A stretch of DNA of 64,000 nt, from the NCBI GenBank assembly GCA_002189035.1, contig NEEC01000002.1:5642001-5706000 (forward strand), read 5' to 3'. The notes below the pieces were generated by a model that did no database searches, was not told where the DNA came from, and was given only the letters and a program-made list of their open reading frames with translations. Positions within the stretch are counted from its first letter, which is position 1. Each line of letters begins with the position of its first letter. Positions 49,913 through 61,027 of the stretch are shown in pieces. The translations under genes were made by a program, and so were the position numbers. Origin of the DNA: Utricularia gibba (lineage: Eukaryota > Plantae > Magnoliophyta).

Positions 49913-52808
49913 TTTAGTTCTCATTTCACTCAAGGGTGATTGACTGCTTATTCTCTTCATTCCCCAAGATCCAACAAGTAGCAAAAAGAGCAAAAGTTTG
50001 TACTGAGAAAAGAAATAGGTTTGAAAAGGAGCGCCAAAGTTGTAAGAAAAACAGATCAACTTACAGAAACACTACCCAAGAATGGGGTTCCTGGAAACAC
50101 ACGACTCATGTAGCAACAAATAAAAGTAAAAGCAAATATAGCGCTGTTCATAGTCAAGAGCAACTGCGAAGAAATGCAAAAATCAAAGCAAAATACGTGA
50201 GACATTTTTTAGTTCTTCCTAAATCAAATAATTGTTCTGAAAGGTGAGAAAGATGAGTGATTGTCTTCACTTTATAACTTAATTTGACGCAAAAACAATT
50301 GAAATTCTTCCCCAGCGTCTCGTTCCATCAAACATCGTCTGTTGGTAGGATAATGTTACATCCAATACAAAAGAAGTTCATATGGCTTTAGAACAAATGA
50401 GCTTACATTTGCTGATTAATTAGAACGAATCAAAGAATGTATGAGACAAAGGCTCTTCACTTGAGAGCTCAAAAAAGAAAAAAATGGATTTCAGTTCCTC
50501 AAGAGAAGGCAGTTGGTAGGGCTGTGCAGTTGAGAGCCGCCAGCGTTGGTTGAATGAGGCTTTGTTCGATCCGGACCGCGATCTCCTGCGTAAAGTGTAT
50601 GCCGTCCCAAAACATATGATGCTCGGGATTCGAGCACGCGGGCACCCCCGCAGTCCCACAGAACCTGTTGCTGCTATAGTTGTATCTGCCTCCGATCCCG
50701 CAACAAGTTTGCAGGGCAGTGTCCGCATGGCCTTCTGCAATCAGTCGCAAGTGAATATGTTAATTCTTTCCAATAAGAATCTCTTTCTGTAATAGTTGTA
50801 ATAAGGGCTCATGGACTTGCCTTGATTCAGTCTGTCGAGAACTTGTATGAAGCCCTCGTCGAAGGCCCCGTAGATGAGGGTGACGTTGGGGAACTCCTGG
50901 CCCAACCTGTTGATGGCTTGGCGCAGATAGTTGTTTTTCAAAGTGATCAGCCTGTTCACGCTGCTGAGGCATCCCAAACGATCATACGCCGTGGGATCGT
51001 TGGAGGGCAGAGCGTTCAGGATGTACGGGAAGCATCCAAGGGGAGCGCTGCCCGGAATGACGATGAGCCTGGCACCCATTCTGATGAGCTCCTGCAAGTC
51101 AGGCGGTGGTGTTAGCATCAACAAATGCAACTTGCAGGCATGATTCGAGCAAAGAAAATGGCTTTATGTACCCTTGTGGTCTTGATTTGTTCCCTTGTGA
51201 TGGGGCCGATGAAAGACTGCGCTTCCTGAAGGGTCCTCCCTTCCATGAGGGCGTACCCGATGTCGTTCGCTTCGAGGTCTCCCAGCAGCACCAGCGAGTT
51301 GGCTAGTCGATCCGCGATGCACTCAGATGAAGATCCGCAGACAGATTGCAGATGGGTTCTGAACCATTCGAGTTGGGCGTCGAGGGAAACTGCGTAAGGT
51401 GGAATGGTGATGCCTCTCCGGGAGAAGAAGCCGGGATCCATCACCGGACTTCTGGCAACCGAAAAGATGACGCCGTTGCTGGAGTTGGACCTCTCCGATA
51501 GGTACGGTACGACTTCCGGGAATCCGAAGTCGAAGGCTGCGAAGTCGAAATCTACGAGACCATCGGACCACCGCCCGTTGGGGCTGCCTGGATATGTGCG
51601 GCCGTAGGGCGGACGTGTGGCCGGAAGCGATGGTCCCCAGGGTTGCACCAGGACGGAGTTTCCGACGTCAGTGGCGCCGTCGCCGAAATGGTAAAGATAG
51701 GGAAATGGGCACACGGGATTACGATTACTCTGTGAGGAGACAAGACCAGAAACCATAGCAATAACAGCACCCAGGAGCAAGAGCCGAGACATGGAACCCA
51801 TGTTTTGTTGTTGTTGTTCTTCTTCTTCTTCTTCTTCAAGCTGAATGATCCACTGGCTGCCCGGCGTCTGTGAATTTATAGGAATCTTAGGAATCTGGGA
51901 ACGGAAAGCGTCCACTTCTTGACGTGTTGCTGAATTCAAAGTACGACATGTCCCTGGCCGCGTGTGGGTCTCTCCTCCAAGATGGAGAAATGCCTAATCT
52001 GAACAATTCAATGCCCAGATGACACTTTCTTTTCCTCATGCTCGAAATTGGCGTAACTAGGAATTGTTCTCTTTTCATAATTTACTAAATTGATTCTTTT
52101 TAATATTTAAAAATTTTAATTTGTAACCATTGTGTATTAAAATAATAAATTAAGATTCTGTTATTAAATTCAAAATTTATTAAATTGATTCAATAACTAT
52201 TTAATGATTAAATAAGAGATTAATTATAAATTAACAAGAAAAATTTTAAAAATGCGCTCATTCTTTTCGTTTTTGATGTCTGATTTTACAGAAGCTGACC
52301 TTGACAAATCATTTTGACACACAATTTGAAAAATCGCGTTCAGTAAGTGTGAACGCCCGAAATCCCTTCCTGGTATGCTCCAGTGATGGACTGGACTTTA
52401 TGCAATAAGGTGGGCCTGGAATGATGTGGCTCTTTTAAAATGGGCCTTGAAGGTACAGGCCCATAACTTGCTCTCGAATCGAATGTACACCACTTCGGGC
52501 CAGCAGTAATATCCTGCGGTATCTGGGATGTGACGGAGGGTTCGACCGATCTTGATGAGCGACTCCCAGCGGAACTCCTCCTCTTCTGAGTCGGCCCAGA
52601 AAGCCTCTCCGCCGGACGTCTCGAGTGGCAGAGGGAGAGGAATTCCTCAGGGCCACCGTTATCCCAATCCGCCGGAAACGGTGAACCCTGACGCGGCGAC
52701 TCTGAGAGAGCAGTGGCGATTCGCTATCAGACAGTACAGTAAATGGTATTCTCACGCGTGGGGCACTGCTATTATCGCCGGTCTCTCGTTCTTCGCCCTC
52801 GGTTGGGT
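49913..52808 (+). repeat. Third, direct-orientation copy of the GDSL/small-gene unit (near-identical tract)
   Basis: Offset 49959 from the left arm. Identical ORF track except E7Q4 vs E6Q5. Divergence begins at 52809. Confidence 0.95.
50499..51801 (-). CDS. GDSL esterase/lipase-like protein, copy 3 (Ser-to-Gly)
   Basis: Exons 51172-51801, 50821-51091 and 50499-50734. Same protein as copies 1 and 2. Confidence 0.9.
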
Positions 52809-52932
52809 AATCAAGGGTTCAAATCCTCTCCCGTCCCACAAATCTGGTGATAGGGATGTGGGTGCCCCTTCTTCTTCCACCGGAGTTGGTGATGAACATG
52901 TGTCTCCAGACAAGGTCAATCCATCCCGCTGA
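52555..52932 (+). CDS. Small TM protein, copy 3 (different C-terminus)
   Basis: 125 aa. Identical N-terminal two-thirds; ends HKSGDRDVGAP..DEHVSPDKVNPSR. Confidence 0.8.
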   Translation: MSDSQRNSSSSESAQKASPPDVSSGRGRGIPQGHRYPNPPETVNPDAATLREQWRFAIRQYSKWYSHAWGTAIIAGLSFFALGWVIKGSNPLPSHKSGDRDVGAPSSSTGVGDEHVSPDKVNPSR

Positions 52933-54621
52933 TCTACGGGCTCTTCTTGAAATACCTTGGTAAACTGACCAAGCGATTTGCTTCGTACTTTTACTATACC
53001 CATGCTTCAGTTATGTGAGTGCTTCCGCTCTTCTTAGTGAGCGTTGGGATGCAATTGTACTCAACCCGGTTGGCACACCCCCAGCACTCCCAAAGTTGTG
53101 CTCCTTCCCCAGGCATATCAACACCAAGTCCAGCTCTCCACATTTGCCTGCTCCATCCCGTCTCCTATCAGCCCTGCCCTGCATTCAGAAGAGAATAAAG
53201 GATGCAGACTTCATGATCCACTCACAAAAAAAGTTTAGCATCTTGAGTAGCGTTTGGACTGATGATCCAGCATGGAGGTTCTTGAGTAGTGTTTGGAATG
53301 GTTGGTGTATAAGACTTTGTATAAAAAACTTGCAGAAAACGTACACGGCCTTGAATCTCAGACAACTTGTGCACACTTGTTTTTGCTAGTTTCATCAATG
53401 TAAGACAAGCTCCTCTCCAGCATCAATCTGCTTCGGAGTAACAGTAAAGTTACATCATTTTAAACAGCGATGGTGTTCTGGAGTCACCAGTGTGATCATG
53501 ACTCTAAGTTGGAAGAAGAGTAGCGAGAGAAGAGGGAGAAAACCATTCAGATGATATGCACAGCAGTGGCTGTTTGAGAATAGTTGGTCCCCTTACGAGA
53601 AGGGTCAAAATCTTGTAGGTTTTCGAACAGATGCGAATACAATTGACGTTCTGTAATAAGGTTACCACGTGTTCCGTGATTTGTTCGAAACTACCCGGCC
53701 CGACTTCCGATTTCGATTTCTCCTTCCTTGTCCCTCCACGGACAGTAGCAACGATCTTCGTTGTCGTCCGGATGATTGAGGCGATCACTTGGGCATCCAC
53801 CACCGTTAATTTCTCGCTATTTTTCTCGTCTTCTAACCCTCAGCGGTAGACCCTAAAAGCTGAATCCGGCGAGTTTCCATCGTTTCAGGTAACTCACTAT
53901 TTTGATTGTTGAGAGGAAACAGCCTTCGTCTTTGCGATTGTATTTTCTTCTCCGTTGGGTAGATTGACAACAAGGAAGAAAAAAAAAAACCCAGTGAAAC
54001 CCAAATTCGAGTTAAATCGAAATAGGAGGCAGCTGTGAATCTCAATATTTTTGACTAATAAAACCAAATCCAGCAACCTAGATCCAGAATTCATGGTCCT
54101 GTAATTCCGATCCTTATAAATCCGACCGAGAACCCTGTGGGGATGGGCTTTTGCGATTCTCAGTATCATTGGAATGCGCATTCTGGAGTGGTTGAAAACT
54201 TACGTGCATTGTGCTTTCGTTCAATTTATTTGAATGAATTGCGAACTGTCAGGGCTTTTTAGTACCCAAAATGGCTTCTTTGAATGAATTTTGTGTGAGT
54301 TTGAATCAGGAATGGCAAATACCTATTTTAAACATGGGAAGGTTTACGCTTTTGTAATATAAAAACCTGTTGCTTGTTATCCAAAAGCAAAACTGTTGTT
54401 GGAAGGTTTTCTTGTTGAGTGAAAAATGCGTTTTTTCGTCTGTTTTTTCCCCTGCTATCTCCATTCTCTCTACAAAAGAAGCTTTCTAAAGTCAGTTGGT
54501 AACACTAAAATCATGTTGTATCGATAAGCTTATCTAAGAAGCTGGCTATTGTTGTTCACTTGTTTTACTGTTCATGATTATCATCATCTGTTATCTTGTT
54601 GCCACCATAGTTTCTCGCAAG

Positions 54622-55407
54622 ATGTCTGGACAAAGCCAGCGTTTGAATGTTGTTCCTACTGTAACCATGCTTGGAGTTATGAAGGCTCGATTGGTTGGAG
54701 CAACAAGAGGGCATGCACTGCTCAAGAAAAAGAGTGATGCTTTAACAGTGCAATTTAGGACAATTCTCAAGAAAATTGTGTCTACAAAGGAATCAATGGG
54801 AGACATCATGAAATCATCATCCTTTGCCCTCGCTGAAGCCAAGTATGTTGCAGGAGAGAACATTAAGCACATTGTTCGTCAAAATGTGCAAAGTGCAACT
54901 CTGAAGGTTCGATCACATCAAGAAAATGTCGCAGGCGTGAAACTCCCCAAGTTTGAGTATTTTATTGATGGGGAAACCAAGAATGACTTGACTGGGTTGG
55001 CAAGAGGAGGACAGCAAGTGAAATCCTGTCGTGCAGCATATGTGAAGTCAATTGAACTACTTGTTGAGCTTGCCACTCTCCAAACGTCATTCCTGACTCT
55101 TGATGAGGCAATCAAGACCACAAATCGCAGGGTGAATGCCTTAGAAAACGTAGTGAAACCAAGGATAGAAAATACAATTAGTTACATCAAGGGAGAGCTG
55201 GATGAATTGGAGAGGGAGGACTTCTTCAGACTGAAAAAAATACAAGGTTATAAGAAGAGAGAGATTGAGAGGCAGCGTGAGGCTGCCAAGGCATACGCTG
55301 ATGAAAAATTCGCTGAGGAAATATCTTTGCAGAGGGGTGTTTCTCTTAGTTCAGCACATAACATGTTATCTCTTGCCGCGGAAAGGGATGAAGACATCAT
55401 CTTCTGA
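54622..55407 (+). CDS. VHA-D: V-type proton ATPase subunit D (261 aa, intronless CDS)
   Basis: MSGQSQRLNVVPTVTMLGVMKARLVGATRGHALLKKKSDAL...TNRRVNALENVVKPR...LDELEREDFFRLKKIQ. Likely 5'UTR intron about 53889-54610. Confidence 0.97.
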   Translation: MSGQSQRLNVVPTVTMLGVMKARLVGATRGHALLKKKSDALTVQFRTILKKIVSTKESMGDIMKSSSFALAEAKYVAGENIKHIVRQNVQSATLKVRSHQENVAGVKLPKFEYFIDGETKNDLTGLARGGQQVKSCRAAYVKSIELLVELATLQTSFLTLDEAIKTTNRRVNALENVVKPRIENTISYIKGELDELEREDFFRLKKIQGYKKREIERQREAAKAYADEKFAEEISLQRGVSLSSAHNMLSLAAERDEDIIF

Positions 55408-56392
55408 TGTGAAAATCAGTTTGTTTTATTAAAATAATCCTGTTTTCTTGTCTGATGCTTAATTCTGCGTTCGATGTGAATGACACGATGTTTTGATTTG
55501 TGCTGGATATATTTTCTGGAATAAGAAACTTTGTATGTGAATCGTTTTCACTCTTTGTAACAGCATCTGCATGTGATGGTTTTTGAAAGATGGCATACTT
55601 CTTTCAGTTATGCAATATGAGTTGCCACCGGATATCCCTGGGCATTCTCATTTGGATGTATCTGGGAGAATTTACTACGCGATTTACTAATATTCAGGGG
55701 ATCAGCATCTGCTTGGTGCTGAGAATTTTTATTGTTGTGTATTCTGTGATCTGTTGGCCCTCTTTCTGGTTTCCTCACTTGAACCCGACATGGAATTTGT
55801 CCTCCCCCAGAGGATCCCTGTTTCTGGGGAAGAGGTGCTCTTGCCTATTAACGTTTACTTTTGAGAAGTTTTCCAGGGATTTATGTATATGACACCGACT
55901 GTTGTTTCTTTGTTGGAAACTTAAACTGGTGCTGCTCTTATTCGCTAGATGTCGATCCTCATGATAATCAATTTCAACACGCTTCTATGTTGCTACAACC
56001 ATGGAGGTTTGTTAAATAGGCAGTGCAAATGATCAGAGACACCTTTTGTATTCACAGCTATGAGAAACAATGCTCGGAAATCATGTTACTTGTGCATATT
56101 GTGTATCCTCTAGTGTTCAATATAGAATGCAGAAGAAACTACACTGATGCAAGAGAAAGCATGCTCGCTCGCTCATACACCCCAAATCCTAGAGCAACAT
56201 ACCGCCTTAGTTGGGGTTCATATGTAAAGTTTGCAGCAGCGAATGTGGACCAGATGGAGATTCATGAATAGATATATATCCAAAGAGACGAAGGGTAACA
56301 AACTTGCTCCCTCATCTCAATACAACTACGAGAACATACATACAGATGTAGGCCGATCGTGGGTAATGTAGCTCGGTCTAAGCTTCCATCGG

Positions 56393-58615
56393 TCAAGTTG
56401 GAACTGGACGAGGTAGCCTCTTCCCAATTTCCTGTCAATCAATCGTGAAAGAAAGATCAAACCCATTTGCTACAATTTTTTTAAAAAACTACGCACAATT
56501 TTACTGACTAATGAGGTAAACATTGCAGGTTTCGAGAATTACAACTCAGAGTCCATTCACTGAGTTACAAACTTGTATGATCGTAAAAATAAAAACAGAA
56601 TAAGCAGACCGTAGAAACCCACTAATGAGGGAACTATTTTCGGGTTTTCAAAAATCACATCCAACGTTCTTTCATTAAGAGGTAGTACAGGAACTTCGAG
56701 TCTCAGAAATTATGTTTAAACAAACTACTTGGAAGAGCTTGAGACAAAGAAGTTGAGATAGAGGAACATGATACCTCAAAAAGCTTATTGATGTTATCTG
56801 CTGTCTTTGCAGACGTCTCAATGAAAAACATCCCATTCTTTTCGGCATACTCAATTCCATCCTTGAGAAATCAAATGTTTAGCAAAGAAAATAAAAATAA
56901 GGGATTCAGCACAAGACCAGCAAACTGATTCATGTCCTTACGTTTACTTGCACTTCTCGTTTTTCATGAAGATCAGCTTTATTGCCAACTAAAGCCATAA
57001 CAATATCAGGGCTTCCATGCTTCTGCAGTTCCTGAAAAAATTCAAGCATTCAAAAGTTCAAGAAGCTCTTAATATACAGTGGAGCAAGTATAATACCAAA
57101 AGCATCTGATATATACTCGGAGGTTGACTATCAATAATTCCAAAAGTACACTTTTTTATTTCGCTGATGCATAAGAAAAAGAATCCCGTTCTGGATGCGC
57201 ACACAACATTCATAAAAAAAATGCTGACGAGAATACAACCAAGAGATCAATTGCCTACCTTAACCCAGTACTGAGCCTTTGCGAATGAATCTGGACTAGT
57301 GATATCATACACAATAATAGCAACAGCAGCACCCCTGTAGTACAATGGAGCCAGAGCTGCATACCTGCCCAGATGAAGAAGAGTTCAAGGTTTAAGGCTC
57401 GTGCATATCAAATTAAAAGCTTGATAAACCGGAATACAGAGATGGCTTATTGGCACTTGGAATATAAGATACTAGAAACTGCAAGTTCTCTATAAGTCGT
57501 GATAAGCATACTACCTTTCTTGCCCGGCCGTGTCCCATATTTCAAATTTCACGGTAGTTGAATCCTGTAAAGCTATTGTCTGAGATAAAAATGACGCTCC
57601 AATGGTAACCTGAAATGCTCATCAAGATCACAAAAAAAGGGAAGCCCATTAAAATATGTCACACTATACATGATACGATTTCCTTTTTCTTACAGCACGC
57701 ACAATACTACATCCTTACTTTAGATGTTGGATCAAACTGGCCACGGACAAATTGGAGAACAATACAACTCTTTCCCACACCGGAATCACCTAGAATCACC
57801 AACTGCATATGAGCAAGTTGACGTTTTATCAGATTATCAAACTCTTTTTCTCACAATATTTTCACTACGAAACAAATGGAAGCACGTAAAGAAGGCACGT
57901 AAGGCACAACTTATGAAGTAAAAATTGTAACCTGTCTCCATGATGGCCAAAAGGAAAAAGACGTCTTCGCTTTTATTTCTTATATAGCATATTCAATGTC
58001 GGCAATAACACATAGCGCTGATACTGATTAACATTAGATAAGAGATGGCAGCTCATAACCTATGGAATTCGAGCAAAATTTTGAAGCAACAAACTGGGTG
58101 TTTCTTTTAAACATACAAACAAAAATGTTTTTAATTTGATGCTTTCCCTAACAACCGAATAACCTACTTTCACATTTAGAAGGAATAGAGTGTAGGAAAA
58201 TAAACGAAAAAAAAAAACATTATATCTTACAAACTAGTATAACAGAATTGCAACACAAGGGAAAGCATTCTAGGAAGCGTCAGGTTCTTTACCTTAACAC
58301 GAAGATTTTTGGTATCATTCAAGGTTCCATTTTCTGGATTAGCAATACCAGGGAGCCTCCCAGAATTTCTATCTGAAATCAACAGAAAGGTACTCTCCTG
58401 AGTAATGGAAAAATAACAAACTCAAACAAATTTGGGTGATTTTCCCAATCGAGAAGGGTCGTTCAAGCATCTCATCGCTGAAACGAGTGAATCCATGTGA
58501 CAGAAAGATGCTTGTGATTTGAACAAAAAAATAAAGAAACGGGATCAAAGCATTCACACACAAAATTGAACCCTAGAAGCTGAAACTGACCTGGAACCGA
58601 CGAAGAGCAACCCAT
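56393..58615 (-). CDS. RABF1: Plant-specific Rab5 GTPase ARA6/RABF1 (201 aa, 8 exons)
   Basis: Exons 58591-58615, 58293-58372, 57719-57802, 57515-57609, 57259-57364, 56942-57031, 56775-56861 and 56393-56431 are in frame. N-terminal MGCSSS acylation motif, [25 protein letters not shown], and no C-terminal Cys. Confidence 0.96.
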
Positions 58616-59093
58616 TATCCAATGATCGGCAACTTATAAGGCTATCAATCCTACTAATCAGCAAATCGTTATCAAAATGTCGTGGGGCACTACAAATGAT
58701 CGGGAACGAAAACCGTAATGCGTGCGAGTGCTCCAGGATCGGGTTCTCCTTTTTAGACCAAAACGTGTACTTTTCCAGAAAACAGCAAAAAGAAAAACAG
58801 AACAAAGAATTGGCATGCCGTTTACCGAGGGTTTAGCCAACCAAGGCCCAAATCCTTCCTGAGCCCATGGCATTGTTTCTTTTTTTTTTCATTTTGGTGA
58901 AAAAAAAGCAATGTAAAAAGAATACACAATAAAAAAAACTACGGAAACTAATTCTTAAGTATCATTCATATAATATCAGTGCCTTTTCTGCAAATTAAAT
59001 CTTTCGAAATGATTTTGCTTAATTTTTGTAAATTTCAATCTTAGAAAATTAGACATTCATATTTTACGATTAATTTTATCTATTAATTAATAA

Positions 59094-59128
<35 letters not shown>

Positions 59129-59933
59129 CACCCTTAATACATTTCAAAAATATATTTATATTATCATATTAAATTATAAAATAATTTATTCAATTAAATT
59201 TTATCATATACTATTTAATACGTTGAAATCTATGATATAATTTTATACTATATATATAACAGTTTTATAATCTAAAAATTAAATTTATTTATAGAATTTT
59301 AAAACTGATTTTATTTTATATAATTTGAATACAAAATTAAAAAAATAACACATCTCAGAATAAATTTATGTTTGAGAAAAGCATTTGATAATCACATTTA
59401 TTATTAAATAGCGAGAATTTTTTTCAAAAAAAAATATAACTTTAATTTTTATTTTATTAAAATCATTTCTAGAAAGTTTATTTTTGAGAACCAACACTAA
59501 ACAAAGCTTAAATTATATAACCCTGGCTTTTAAAAATCTTTTTAAATGTGAAACCCATATTTGTCTGGAATAAAATAGAAACGACCAGACCTTTTTTAAA
59601 AAAAAATTAAATTTTTGGTTCATGTTCAAAGCAAAATAACATATTGCGGTTGCCTTTTTAATTACTTTTACTGTTTTATACGAATATTTAAAATGAATTA
59701 AGACGAATAGGGTTGGTCTTGTCCTTGCCCAGACACCTCCTTCGGACAAGAAGGGATTGTGAGTAGTATGAAGTAGACTTAAATACCTAGTCAAAGCTCA
59801 TCGTTTAATGCCCCAGTTCCACTCCTATCCATCGCAAATCCAATTAATGCCCTAGCCATTGAACTTTTTTTTTCTTTTTTTTTTTTGTATTTTGGTTTGA
59901 GATGCAATGGCAAGAAGAATGATGCATCTGGGC

Positions 59934-61027
59934 TTAAACAGTCGGGTAGGATGCGTCCATGGCAATGCCGCACTTGCCTTCAGGGCCATCGAGGTTTCTG
60001 GGGAGCAAGACGTAGCCGTCGGATCCCCAGTCGGTGCCCATGAGTTCTTCACAATCCAGTATTGAGTGCCGTCGTTGGCTTTCCCGTACCCGACAACGGT
60101 CACGCCGTGATCCAGATCCTTGCCACAGGTTCCTGTGAAGACTCCACTGGAATATAGCTGGAAGTCTCTTCCGCTCGCGTCGATGGCCACCGACACCGGC
60201 TGGTTCGCCACCGCCTGCATCAGCGCGGCCTCGTTGTTCTCCGGAACCTCTTCGTAACCGGTGATGGTTGCTGCCACCATAGAGGCTATCAGTATGTTAC
60301 AGAATGATTGCGTGCCGGTGTAGGGGTAGGCGGATTCCGCGGTGATCCCGAATCTTTGGATGTATTGGAAGCCGTTGATCATTCGGCCGCCGTTGCAGCC
60401 GTAGTCCTGTGTTTCGCAGTTGAGCAGCTCTTCCTCCGACAAGGTCACCAGGTTGCCTGTTTTTATCTTGTAGATCCCCTCCACTGCCGCCACCGTCGAG
60501 AAAGCCCAGCAACAACCTACGCAGGAGACGAAGCTTTTTTTCATTTTTAACGATCCACCCACCACTGGTTAGCATCATCTTTACACTAATTTTTTTCTTA
60601 CCGCACCTCCCCTGGTCCTTGACCGGAGTAACGGCTCCCGATTCTCTCCAATCTACGCTCGCCGGAAGCGTCGCCGCCCAAGGCTCTCAGTCCAGGAAGC
60701 TCTCTTCCTTGTCACATTGGGCATTCTCTTGTACCCGTTCATGGAAGCTCGAAACTCCTCGTTCGTAAGATCCGCAAACTTGTTTGCAGCAAGCTTGTAA
60801 GGGCGCCCGGCTGCGTTAACGGAGTTAATGTACTCCACGTTACGCTTAAAGATAGCAAACCTCTGAGCCTTTTCAGCATCGTCCCTGTAGACGCGGCTGT
60901 GTTTAGCCATCCACCCCTCGTGCATTCTCATCATCCCGACGTCCAGAGTTCCCCCTCCGGCGTCCGCATTGTACGGAAGCGTGACCAGGAGCAGGACCAA
61001 GAAAGCGAGAAATAACTTGGACCCCAT
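59934..61027 (-). CDS. Papain-like C1A cysteine protease (SAG12-like) with two apparent 1-bp frameshifts
   Basis: Exons 60602-61027 and 59934-60516. Signal peptide, ERFNIN-type prodomain, DQGRCG/CCWAF, LDHGV and KNSW. One extra G in each of two GGG runs (60677-60679, 60037-60039) restores a full ORF ending ..DASYPTV*. Confidence 0.85.

Noticed and set aside
59093-59128. (AAT)n(ATT)n self-complementary microsatellite
   Set aside because: Common in AT-rich plant intergenic DNA, with no associated rearrangement.
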